From Balanoglossus misakiensis (taxonomy: Eukaryota > Animalia > Hemichordata), in the NCBI GenBank assembly GCA_040954595.2, contig CM082588.2, positions 8,106,844 through 8,170,843 of the forward strand: 64,000 nt of DNA, given 5' to 3'. Shown one piece after another: positions 27,333 to 39,448 of this stretch. The notes under the pieces are model-generated. The model was not told the DNA's origin and ran no database searches. It was given only the letters and a program-made list of their open reading frames with translations. How positions within the stretch are numbered: the first letter of the stretch is position 1; the number at the start of each line of letters is the position of its first letter. The translations under genes were made by a program, and so were the position numbers.

Positions 27333-30300
27333 ATCGAGAACAAACTAAGTAATTAACTAAGTCTAACCTGCCATGCGTTGTCTGTTTAAATCAAATGTAT
27401 ACTAATAAATTGTGTTTTCATATTCAGTACAAATCTCAAAATAATTGTCTATGGCATAGCAAAAATTCAATCTTTTTCAATCTGTTCTCCCGATCTTGTT
27501 TTGTTATCGATGAATTAACTTGGACACAGAAATTGTAAATCCATTGTCGGGTGATCGCACAAATCAAGCAGATAAGTACCAATATTTGAGTAATTTATGG
27601 GGAAAAATGCGCGTGATGCACAGAATTCGCTGGTTGCCATGGTTGCGCCGATCTTATCTTTGGCCGACAGTGAATTCAAAGTACCACCGTAAAGTATCGG
27701 TTTTCTCGAATACAAACGCTAAGCGCCAGATTCATCGTGAAATCCCCAGCACGGGGCGTGGGTTCTACTTTCCCTTTGAAGAAAATCAGTAAAAGGGTTC
27801 ATATCAGCATCAACAAGCGACAGTCCCACAGGCTACATTTTCCCTCATCTGCTACGGAGGATTATCAATAATACATATATGCATACAGAGTATACAAAGC
27901 AAGGATATCAAAGCAGTAGCTAAATATGAGGAAATTCCTTACTGAAGAACTGTACTACATAAACTACATGAAAACGATAGAACAATTGCAGATTTCACGA
28001 AGTATTTGTAACTAATATACTGTACACTCTGCAATTGCTGAATTAAAGATTTAAAAAAAATAATAATTATGCATACAATGTACAATATCCTTGCATGGCT
28101 GTTTTAACAACCCTGAATTTAAAGTCCAGTGTTGGACAGTATTAGCCTAAATGCTATACATATTGCTTATGCTGAGAAATGCCTGCTGAGAAAAATGTGG
28201 GCAATTGGCAACGTTTGCCACGTCTTCATGGTGTGACCTGTCTGGCAAGTTGCTCTCCAAGCCAGGCAATGATATTTGCATATTAGAAGACAGGTGTGTT
28301 TTTTACGTCAAAGGTACAGAAATATACGTGGGGAGACTTACGTAATCTGCCCTACAAACAACCCGAGGTATGTCAACACTTCTGTTCACGGTAAACTCAG
28401 TAAACACAAGCGGCCACACAGGTGTGCGCTCCATGCCATGGATGTCACTTACAGTTTTTTTCTGTAGATTAGTTTGAAGGACGTTATTTTGAAGTCATAC
28501 GACTATCCTAATTTACCTGGGTGTGTGTACTAGCTGTAAGGGGTATGGGTGTGTGGCCAGAAGTAAAAATTCCAGACACCTTTTTACCCCATGTCCACCC
28601 TCAAACATACCCGATTTTACATCAAATTCGTTAGTTCATACGAAGTTTTGTACGGTACTAGTATTTATGTTTAACGTTTGCCTATATGTAGTGAGTGAGT
28701 TGCAGTCAAAATGGTATCAGATCGCAATTTATTGGTCGACAAACAGTCTACGGGGAAAAAGTACGTGATTGATATAAATTGTTGTCATGCAGGTCACCCG
28801 AGACTTTCACTTTCTCCATTGCATAAAACATTCTCTCGAATTTGAATACACTTTACATGTACCATAGACAGTACAGCGAGAGCCTACGAACATCAAAGGT
28901 CATATTATTTACGCCATGTGATGTGGGCTGTAATGCGCAATAAACAACAACAACAACAACAACAACAAAAACAACAACAAGCAAGCGTGGGCGTTTTTAC
29001 GAAATTGCACAATTGTATCTCTAGTGGCAGTTTTCTGTTGTTTTCGAAAAGAAGATTGTAGGTATAGTCATCATTATCGATGTCGAAATCAGCCATGTTT
29101 GCAGTCCCCGGAATCTCGTATAATACCGCTACAAACGCAAATTTCGAGACGGTATAGTATTTGCATAATCTCGGGTCAATTAACACGGGAAACCGAGAGA
29201 TAACACGTCAGCCGAGGACGCTAAGTCCACAGCTGTTTTAGAGCTCGTTAACACATTTAAAATCCGTGAATGGAATAGTGGAATTGAAGCGGGTTAAAAC
29301 CTGGTTTGCTTCGAAGAAAACTGATACTATACCGCTAGTTACACGTCCCCAGTCGCTCTACTGATAACTCACATGCATGCACTCTGGTCTATCGAGAAAA
29401 ATCACTTTCACGGATGCTTTATACGATGTTAATGAATTATCAATCATTCCAATTGAATAATCAGCGTTAAAACAAATAAAACCCGGGAAGAAATCGCAAG
29501 AGTAATCGTGTCTCCCAGTGTGTCGTGATAACACTGTCAATAGTCGTGCATATAAAGAGCGGCTCAGTTTACCCCGCTCATACAAATTTCCACATATCAA
29601 ATAATTATATGCAAAACGCCAATGATTACACTTATGTCATAAATCAGGTGGTACCGATGACATCGGTGTTATTGTTGAATACAATTATCTGCCATTATTG
29701 GTACGTCTGTTGGTACGCTCACGTCCCATTAAATACTAGCATATTACTAATATTGCAGACGGCGACCATTCGCCACCACTTACTTGACTCGGGCGTAAAA
29801 CTACTTTCTTGAACACATTTTTCATCACAATAAACATATTTTTTACGGGATTAGTCATGTCAGGAAATCATTAACTCATTTACTATCAATTTTTCCTGGC
29901 AATATTTTACAGTATAATGCTTGCGTGTGCATCGCGATGTGAATAACAATTTAGTTCTTATATTCAAAATCCCCAAATTCCGTTGATTTAGACAAAAGTA
30001 GTTTCTTCGAGTCTTATCGATCTGGGACAGGATGCGTGTCTGCGTCCTCATTTATTATTCATAGACATAGAGACTGCTCATGAATAATAACGACCGTCCA
30101 CTTCAAAACACTGGATGTGTTTACTTTTTACCTACCGCTACCAGTCTTCTGGTTCATGATATCCAAATAAAGTAATGCACAAGTAAACCTTACAAATTTA
30201 CTGTGTACGGTTATACACGACTATTCACGGTTTCTATGTTAAGCTTGTCTGTGTGTTACAAAGTCTAGTAAATTTGAATAAATATATTAACAGCTTTGTA

Positions 30301-32889
30301 CTGTCAGGTAACGGTCTTTGTATTTCGATCACTGTCTAATCATTTAGACTATTATGATGCAGCCAGCATTGTCTACGTCAACGAGCAATATTATGTTAGC
30401 GTTGTCTTAGTTAAAGGTATACCGTCACTTGTGCAAATTTAGCTACTGTAACCGGTACCATGAAATTGAGATCTAGCCAATCACATATTTTCAGTGGGTG
30501 GCACTCGCGAAAAAACAGCTCCGTCATATGTTCTTTATAACACTCAAATACGCCATTTCAGCCATACACACGATATATAGATGTATGTAAATTGGGGGTG
30601 ACTGTATACCTTTAAATTTCGTGTTACAAAACATACAACGTACATGCTATGACGCAATGATCTGCGCTATACCGACAACTGTCAGTGTTGGAGTAGACTT
30701 TCAAATTAATTACCGTATTTCATATCGAATCTCACACAAATCAATGTCTCTACTTGTTTAAAGCAATGACCTTTTCGAATAGTATTATACCAAGCAGCTT
30801 GCATTACATTAGACAATCACTGAAACACAGAAACGGTGTTAGACAACAGGCCAAGTTTGTTCACTATTTACTCAGTGTTTACACACAGACGTCCTGAACT
30901 ATAGGTGGGGATTTCATAACTGATACAAGAACTGCAGTCTGTGTGTATCAACTTATTCACCCCGCAAATGTTCACGTTCAACTTAAAATACAGTTGGGAT
31001 CGAAATTATAATTGGCCGTTTAATTGAGTTATTTTAGCCATGCAAATGGACTCCCAGAAAACAAAGGACCTCAGGATCAATGGAGGAAACTCAAACAGAG
31101 AACAATGGGCGGAGAGTGAGCGGAAACAATACGATGTCCGCTTGTGTCTGCACGTCGCTCCGTTAAAATCAATGGCGTCGAACACAATTGGTACTAACGC
31201 AAATACGGCATACATCACTATAAAATATGGCCTGTTCGTCCACAGGATTTTTGTATTCGCTGAACTTCTTAAATCATTCCCATTAAAGAGAAACAGGCTT
31301 GCTTAAAAGAAATCTCACAGTAACTGGTTTGGTGGCTCGAAATTTTATTTTGTTGAAAACAGTGGTCGAGACACCAGCGGGGACCCTACCCTTGTTGCGT
31401 GGACGTCATCATTACTTTGGAATTCGCGAATTCGTTGAATGTTCAGATCAATAATTAAAATAGCGTCTTCACAACACGTAACATGTTAAAGGAACCCTTT
31501 GGGGGAATTTAGTAGCCGGGTGTCTAACCGCCGCGCCCCATGTACTGAGTTCAGTGTGCAAAACAAGAGAGTTGCACGGAGAGTTGAACAGTAGCGGGGG
31601 GACAGCATGCCTCCCTGCCTTGATAGGAAGCGTGGGAACGCTGGCCTTTTAATTGGCTGGTTATCCGAAGATAGTTGACTTCAAACCATAGAGTGGCCAG
31701 CGTCAGCTGCACGGGGCAGAATAGGAGAAGTATGCCAACAGTAAACATGCGCCGGCGTCGGCAATGACAGTAATGGAGAGCATTGTTGAGCATTAGATGG
31801 CTTGCGTGCATGCAAGCATACATACCTATACACACATAGATACATAGGCCTACATACAGTAATATCAACTCCAGCCATACATAGATACATAGATACATAG
31901 ATACATAGATACATAGATACATAGATACATAGATACATACATACATACATACATACATACATACATACATACATACATACATACATACATACATACATAC
32001 ATACATACATACATACATACATACATACATACATACATACATACATACATACATACATACATACATACATACAGTTTTCTTTTTTAGTATTTGTCACTGT
32101 CACTGTCATCGACAAAATTCGAACGCCTATAGTTAAAGATCAACTCCATACTTTGCGGGTGTAAGACTGGAATCAATTCCATTATACCAAGTAGGGCCTA
32201 ACTGTCACTGCGACACAAATAAGGGATTAGACACACCTAATGTCATACAATACCAGCTAAGCACTTCTTATGTAAGTTCTATGCAGTGTAAACTGGAGAC
32301 TAACCGACTGTGTTTAAAGACAGCTACTCCTTTTAACTATCGAGTGGAGTCTAGTGTTCGCTGACTACCGAAACGATACATAGACATTGCGCATAGCAAA
32401 TGTACATTGTTTCAAGCCACGACTCGACATTCTACGGAGCAAATACATCACGATTCTGCGTTTAGATCAATGACATCATTAGACCACGTTAATTTAATCA
32501 CTTTCTGCATTTACAAAATTGCTTTACACACGAAATTTAAAATGGTCTCAAATGGCCAAATAAAAAACATAGGTTCAATAAGCACCACTTTCAATGTTCA
32601 CCTATAAGTGAATAAGATGTACTTTGAGGTCGTCAATTTCAACTTACTGTGTGGACTGGAATATCTAAATAAATTTAACGGGGGAAGTCCAAAACGGCTA
32701 ACGGTAAGCCGTAACGCTCTCTACCATGTAGAAAATTTTAGAAGATCGGTGTTTTAAGTTTATGACATCGTCATATTCAATAAGGGTAGAGATATCCAAC
32801 TTACCGATCCTGACCGAAACTGGCAAAGTGGCAAGTCCTGGCTGTAGAAGGTTTAGACAAGCTATCAGCCATATCCACCATAGTTCCAT
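7512..32889 (-). CDS. GRIK2: Kainate-type ionotropic glutamate receptor (GluK1-3/GRIK2-like), complete, 14 coding exons, ~910 aa
   Basis: Minus-strand exons: 32889-32805 (signal peptide [20 protein letters not shown]), 26544-26377, 16768-16517, 15998-15823, 15476-15423, 14903-14742, 14425-14270 (or 14252), 13825-13718, 12757-12644, 12432-12223, 11791-11231, 9668-9440, 8664-8408, 7712-7512. All GT-AG and phase-compatible, 2733 nt total. Motifs: [74 protein letters not shown]. The symbol names the nearest vertebrate family member; it is probably a GRIK1/2/3 pro-ortholog. Confidence 0.93.
7839..8192. repeat. Dispersed intronic repeat, similar to 13042-13382
   Basis: Shared collinear blocks ATGAACTGAATATGC, CTATTATCCA, TTTCATCAAAGTACATGCAGTAATT and ATCACTAAT.AGAAAAGTT. 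Confidence 0.6.
9745..10866. mobile_element. Internally deleted Kolobok-like DNA transposon (1.1 kb)
   Basis: TTAA TSD (9741-9744 and 10867-10870). TIR AGTGGAACG/CGTTCCACT. Convergent ORF remnants: THAP-like N-terminus on - (ATG 10671, [23 protein letters not shown]) and a YNFEP...TWCG remnant on + (ATG 9957). Confidence 0.75.
11826..12026. repeat. (CATA)n microsatellite
   Basis: Perfect tetranucleotide run of about 50 units. Confidence 0.98.
13042..13382. repeat. Dispersed intronic repeat, similar to 7839-8192
   Basis: Same collinear blocks as 7839-8192. Confidence 0.6.
16096..16351. repeat. (TATG)n microsatellite
   Basis: Perfect tetranucleotide run of about 64 units. Confidence 0.98.
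17241..17587. mobile_element. TTAA-flanked foldback MITE, family B, intact copy
   Basis: TTAA|AGGGACAAAGTCTCTCTCTCGC ... GCGAGAGAGAGACTTTGTCCCT|TTAA, with imperfect inverted arms extending over 100 bp. Confidence 0.85.
21650..22010 (-). mobile_element. Degraded non-LTR retrotransposon (LINE) reverse transcriptase fragment
   Basis: [31 protein letters not shown] resembles the RT segment after YADD (DDLVLLSES..GLQ..LDKL..Y..KW.L.VN). Stops follow and the boundaries are approximate. Confidence 0.55.
23315..23630 (+). mobile_element. Possible degenerate tRNA-derived SINE-like relic
   Basis: A-box-like TGGCCTAATGG (~23318) and B-box GTTCGATTCC (23419-23428). No cloverleaf could be folded and the extent is a guess. 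Confidence 0.25.
27257..27334. repeat. (ATAA)n microsatellite, preceded by a compound GATT/GAGT/GACT run at ~27140-27187
   Basis: Direct reading. Confidence 0.95.
30415..30611. mobile_element. MITE family A, copy 2 (opposite orientation)
   Basis: TTAA|AGGTATACCGTCAC ... GTGACTGTATACCT|TTAA. The interior is the reverse complement of 7072-7258. Confidence 0.8.
31876..32073. repeat. Compound (CATAGATA)n(CATA)n microsatellite
   Basis: Direct reading. Confidence 0.97.
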
Positions 32890-33224
32890 TTTGGCACACA
32901 CACACACGCACAGCCTTCGTCAGAAACCTCGCGATGTGTTATCCAGCGCTTCCGATCAGGTAATAAAAACTATTTTGTTGGTTTTATTCCGCGAGAGAAA
33001 AAATCCCGTATTAATTAAAAATTCCTGGCACTCTTCTAATCAATTGGTCAGCTTCAGGGGCTTGTCAAACCGCAGCAGACATGGGTCCATTGTTCTTCTT
33101 TGTATCCACGGTCTCCTGTCTTCATCGGCAAGAAATTATTACCCCTCGTAAGATCTGCGAGTTTTTCTGTCCCTCGACGACTGTGATCAACATTCTCCGC
33201 GCAGTCTTCTGACAAGGGGTTCAC
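32890..33224 (-). other. 5' UTR portion of the first coding exon of the kainate receptor
   Basis: Strong minus-strand acceptor CTCTTTTTCTTCCTTGTTGATTCCAG|G at 33225/33224 implies at least one non-coding exon further upstream. Confidence 0.55.
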
Positions 33225-36200
33225 CTGGAATCAACAAGGAAGAAAAAGAGGTACCCACAAGCACGTCGGTTTTCGAGCTATTTACCGGACTCCCTAGGGA
33301 AGTGGTGAAGGACCGTTCCTCGTATGATTCATCATGTCCTGTATCTCATTAGTGGAAGACAAAGAAGCAGAGACGGTCCCCATTCTAACGATTACCTTGG
33401 TGGAACCCTGACTAGTCAAAGCACGGGCTCAGTTGCCAAAAATATTCCACATACTCGACCCAGTTCATTTACGGTCAGCATCTAGTTATCGCCCGGCTTA
33501 TCGAAAACTACAAGCTTTAAACCAACAAGTTTGATAATGGTGACAGCGCCATTCATCTCGATCTCAAAATGCTGTGTCTTGTTGAGTCATGTTTAAATCC
33601 TGGCGAGTTTTATTTTTAAGACTATCCACGTTCCCATCCATGATAGTGAACCGTCAATTTTTTTAGACTTTTCTTAATGGAAATTCAGTGAAGATAGAAT
33701 ACTCCAATGTTCTCACTACATTTGACAAAGTTAAAACCGACAAACCTTGCATACAGCGAACGACTGCACCAGCCTACATAGATAATTCCTGTCACAACGG
33801 GATAGCAATAATTCTCAGTTACTGGAGTTGAGCTGAAGATATTCCATAATTGGAGGTACTTCGACTATCCTAATTGACAAAATTCTTCTAGGGTTGGTTT
33901 ACGAGAGTCATCTTGTAGTGCTCACTGGAATATGTCGAGAGAGAAAAATAGATCAAAATAAACCATTTATTGGTGTAATCGGTATAATTTTTGCCAGCTG
34001 CAGCAGCGACGTTTCTGGAAGATTCAGTAGTAGCGTTGTCGAGGCAAAACACGTACATTTTGATCAGGTTTATACAGCATCATAATTCTGGTGAAACAGA
34101 GAATGAAAACAACCTATTCTTGTTATTAAATGCTCGTGTCAAAGATTATATCGGAGTATACATGTGTACAAGCCCAGGCTGGCGAACATATGCGATTGGA
34201 ATGGAATATGGAGTTTGTCCCAGCGGCTTGGCCATGTTGCAAATAACTGAATATCATCCAACCTAACACACATGAGCGTAATTTGACGTACGACAGAGAC
34301 AGTGTTCGCCACTTAAAATATGCAAAAAGACACGCTGTATTTTAAGATATACCGGCAGTGTTTTATTGACAAATGACTAGTTCATCTGGCGTATGCCTCG
34401 TAGCGATATCCCCAAATGCCCGCGGCGTTGCTATGGTTACGATCTCGACACCACATTCTGCGATACGGTGTCACCCCTATTGTATTACACCGTGCCGTGT
34501 TCTCACATTGTGTCACACAATGGACAGATTAATTAAATTATAAAACACGGATGAGGCACTAAACATGTTTCCATCATCTGAAAATCAAGTCAGGAGCTGA
34601 TCACAATCGATGCGGGTGGCTCGGAATTGCTGGGATAGCCATGCAGCCTGGCTGAGCTACGGCAATAAATCATTTATGAGAAGTTCGCAGTTGTTAAAAT
34701 GGAAACATTATTTTTTTCCACGCGTACATTTCAATGAACTACTACATTACGCGATTACCGTCCACACGTACGTTTGTATGAAGCGGCCACAATGCGCAAT
34801 TACCTCAGAACAAAGAATGTGTAAATGTATTTTTAATTCCACGGCCAACGTTGACTAAGTAGATGTCATTTGTTCACCCACGTGTAAAATGAATATTCTT
34901 CATCGGGAAAAGGTTTGGTCTATTACTTCACAGACATCGGTGTTGATTTTAATTTTTTTGAATGGTATGAAGGTTTCTTAAATTGACATAAAACATAGCC
35001 AACGGCATGGGAATTAGCGAATTTCTCAATATAATATTCTGAGTATTGTACTTATGTGGCTCCCAATTTGTCCCCCAAGGTTAAAAACGAAATCTGCTGA
35101 TTAAAAAAATATATGCACAATCGTTTGAGTTGCTTCTGTTCATCCATTAAAATTACTTCCACAGGGAAAATGGTTATCAAAAAGCCATCAAGCTACAAAG
35201 AGAAATATTTTAGTAGCGTGTCCATTTGCCGCGTAGAATTTGATAAGCCCCAGTGCGGCAGAGGGCTGGGAAATCTCAAACACACACAGGCAGTCGAACG
35301 TCTGCATGCTTTCCTGCGCTCAGATTACGGCCATGCCCTCACTGTGTATAATCTTCTTGACTTGTGACCTTGACACCAAAACCAGCCCCACAATTCTAAT
35401 TATGCCAAATATTCCCACAACAGATTTGAATCGCATTTATCGCGATGGTATTATTCTCCCTGTAATCCGGGAGTGGTGAAGTTGATGCTGTCACGTGGTC
35501 GCCTCAAGCCCGGTCTCTTAACATTGCCATGAAAATAGTGAAACATCATTCTCACTATCATTGAAAATCATGCATAAAACTGACCGAGTTTATGATTTCA
35601 ATATCATAAAATATAAATATAAGTGGACATTAAAGCCTTGCCAATTTAACAAGTGATATCATAGTAAAAATACAAAGTTAATAAATTATCAATGCTGGTG
35701 ATTTCATATCAACATATGGGACACCGTAAACACAAACAATAGTCGATCACACAATGAACATAACATATTATGACGGAGATATGTTTTCTTTGCATTGAGA
35801 AGAAAATAGCAAAATTATATGTGTAGCTGGTTATCCAAGAAAGTTATATATACACATCAATCAACGAATAAACAATATCGATTGTAAAATCACATTATCA
35901 GAATGGTAATTCAATTTCATGCAAGGTAATGTATTTTGTTCCATATTTTTAGATGTCCAGAATACGATTACGACGGTAATTCGCGGATTTAACGCAAAGG
36001 GTTAGTTGAATGTTTAAACTCCGTCATGACCGTGATTTTCACTAATGATTCAAAGTTGTTAATTAATTTCCCCGCTAGCAATTCATTCATTAACTGAATA
36101 TTAAAATGACATCACATGAAACAACCCGACACCTATAGTTCCCCGATACTGTATATTACAGTGACGTCAAACATTGATTTTCATAGATGGATTAATTATG

Positions 36201-36817
36201 CGCGTTGCTAGAGAATCCTGGACGATTATCAGGGAAAGATCTAGCCTGTTGGGTATGCATTATGGTGACTAATTGCCATGCAACGGTATGTGTCATTTAC
36301 CCTACGCCTGTTTAATGCGGGAGTTTGGAATATGGTGATGATGATGCAATGTGGTGTGATATAACGTAACGTAGTGCAGTGTGATGTGATTTGACGCGCA
36401 TGTTTTTGTTGTTTTATTGTGATGTGGCATGGCGTGCTGTGGTGTGTGATGGCCAAAAATTTCACATAGCAACGCGCATAATTAAACCTTCTATTAAAAT
36501 CAATATCTGACGTCACTGTAATATACATGATTATAGATGTCTTAAATGCGCTGCTTATAATAGGAAAAAAACAATATAGTGAGTGTGTGTACATCGGAGA
36601 TCGGGCTTAATACTTGCTTACTCACTGGCAGTCTACAAACAACTGGTGTTTAACATTCTTAGAAAACCCTTGGGGCGTTGAAATTCCAACAGAAGCTACA
36701 TCTGGATCACAGTGTGTGTCTGACGAAGATTGGATGAGCATGGCTGGATTGCTAGCTGGATTGTGACGACAGAATAGCCGGATTATTCAAGGGAACGTTA
36801 TGGGACAACAATATCAG

Positions 36818-37053
36818 TAGCTAGATGTTATGGTGATGTTTAAGATTTTCCGTACAAATAGGACAAAGATTGAAATGTAGGGAAAATGTGTGGTTTATAA
36901 GGAGGGTGTACAATAAGGAATTTAGAATCAGCAGTATATAGCTAGATGTTATGTTGATGTTTAACTGTACATTTCTCCGTGAAAAGGGGACAAAGATTGA
37001 AATGTAGGGAAATATAAGGTTTTGGGATTATGTACAATACCGAATTTAGAATC
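36818..37053. repeat. Diverged ~121-bp tandem duplication
   Basis: TAGCTAGATGTTATG.TGATGTTTAA ... GGACAAAGATTGAAATGTAGGGAAA ... GAATTTAGAATCA occurs twice. Confidence 0.8.
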
Positions 37054-37669
37054 ACGACTTAGCGTCTGTCAAAGATGGGGCGACATTAATTCACGAACGT
37101 GAAGATGAATGCCCCCTCCCCCTCACGCCCCGGGGTGTTTTCACATCTCTTTGCGTTGAGGACAGAAACATGGACAATATAATCTGGAAATACGTCAGAT
37201 ACTTCAGGGGGATTACGCTAACCCTGGGATCTCGTGCATTTGGGTAAAGATCCAAAACAAATGGTCGTCCAAATCACCAATACCAGTATTACATACTATT
37301 ATAGCAAGTATTTATTTTGTGGGTTTTTTTCTGAAAAGAATATTTATATTCCTCGTATAATACACGAATGAAAGTGATATACTAGTATTCACTAACAAGT
37401 TAGAGTTCTTTGTAGATGCACTTAACAAATTTATAACGCTTCTATGAATCCATATTTTGCACATCAAAAAAACCCCCATCTTTATTGCTGTCTGCATCTA
37501 CGCCAAGCTGCACCTGTGCTACGACATACTGAGACAATAACATTACATGGCTTCGGGCAGCAAATATCAGAAAATTGAAAATTATTATCATTTTACAATA
37601 GCCATGTTCCTAGACATAAAAGGGGACATTTTGAACATTAAATGACCGATAATATGTAAAATATCTTAA

Positions 37670-37862
37670 AGGGAAGCGGTCGTCGCGCCGCGAGTGTGTC
37701 CCCCTTGATAAGAATATGTCCTCCCATACCAGCACAAACCCCACTGCAGTCGCCACAACCTACTATGATCTTCAGTTGTTGTCATGCTAATTTCAGGGAT
37801 TTGTGGATGAATTGTAATGTTTATAAATAAACAAACAAACGCGGTACGACGACCGCTTCACT
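37670..37862. mobile_element. TTAA-flanked MITE, family C
   Basis: TTAA|AGGGAAGCGGTCGTCG ... CGACGACCGCTTCACT|TTAA. Related copies at ~46348-46707 and ~53708-53938. Confidence 0.8.
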
Positions 37863-39070
37863 TTAAATTGTCGAGATAGAATTTTAAAAGGTGTAGAGAA
37901 AGCTACAAACATCGAGTTATCAATCCTTCTGAAAAGTTTGACCGCTGTAAATGTTTATCGATGTCCATTCTTGAGATCACGTGTTCATAAAACTGTGAAG
38001 TCAAAACAATGACGACGACCGGATCTTGAGATGATATCTGTTTTGACACACTCGCGCTCAACATCAACTCACACCCATGACAGTGGTTGCAGAAACAACT
38101 GGACGATATCGGCACAGATATATGCTGAGCTGAACTTACCAAATGTTTGCCATCACCTTCGTTAGTTTATTTAACGTGTCTTATGAGGCGTCAATGTTAT
38201 GCAGGATGTAACATATGTAACACATCAGATGTAGATTTTCTTCTGGATGCTTACTATATAATACAGAACATGTAGTCCTAGCAGCAATGCGCTGATATGC
38301 GGGGATGTGCTTTTCTATTCTGGTCCATTTATATTAAACTTAGTTAAAAGCCCGGAAATTAATATCATTAATTAATTAAGTATTTAAATAATTTGATACC
38401 GTGGAAAACAGGATATTAATCAGACGATGAGATCAGTACATCCAAAGAAATAGCGACAGAGTAGGCCATATTGAATAAGAAATTAGTTATGAATTGCCAA
38501 GTGCAAATTTTATGTCAACAAGTTGAATGCAACGGTTCTCTATCAGTGACCAGGAAACAGGCTATCAACGCCTGATAAACAGCTGAGAAAATGTGTCAGT
38601 TGACTGTTTTGCACTGCAAGCTGCAATAGCAAAACTTTGCCTTTCTTCCGTGCTCAGTGCTTGTTTTCCTCGCAGACATACGTCAACAAGTTTCCAAATG
38701 TGTATGTTTTACCATAAGACAGTTTTTACTTATTTTCGTTGTCCTATCAAATGGATATGTCAGAAACATGGAGAAATCTGCTGAAAAGCGAATTGCTTTT
38801 GACTACTTGTTTGTGAGCTACATCTTAACCTCTTTTGCGCAAGGGTTCTCGGCCAGATGGGGTTGTGTTGTGTATGGCAGTGTGTGCATCAGTTTTGAAC
38901 AAAGTGCCGCCACAACGTTTCGTTATTGCACTTTCTACATTATTTTTTTCTTCTCCAGTAAGGGGAACGCCCTACAGACTCCATGCTACTCTTTACATCA
39001 CTTTCTGTACATCGATTGTAATCATACCCCGACGAAGAGAAGTACAGATCGCCATTGCAATAGTTCAAAC

Positions 39071-39448
39071 TTAAGGCCGAGACCAATCTGATGAAAAGAG
39101 TTGGCTTGATGTTTACATTTGCTGGTTCTTTGCTTTTCTATTCTCAGATATTCACCTCTCTACATCACCTGAAACTGCACATAAAAAATCTTGTATATAT
39201 CTTGTGCTTTCTCAAGCCAATCTGAGCACTCGTTATAGAAGACATCATGCACACTATGTCAGAACGCACCCAAAAGCATCCAGTTAGCTGCTTTCAGATT
39301 GGTTGCTTTGAGAAAACTACACATTTTCAATGGTGTAGATTCAGATGTCGTGAGGTGCACATCTGAGAACAGAACAGCAAAGAAGCAGCAAATGTAAAGT
39401 TCGAGTCAACTCCAAATCTGATTTTAATCTGATTGGGCCAAGACTTAT
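39071..39448. mobile_element. Degenerate foldback element / MITE
   Basis: Imperfect inverted arms: TTTACATTTGCTG.TTCTTTGCT...TTCTCAGAT..CACCTC versus GAGGTGCACATCTGAGAA...AGCAAAGAAGCAGCAAATGTAAA. Confidence 0.65.

Noticed and set aside
32890-32907. MCVCAK N-terminal extension of the receptor in the ORF track
   Set aside because: It begins at a GTG in a CA repeat. The ATG at 32889 (AAAATGG) directly precedes the signal peptide.
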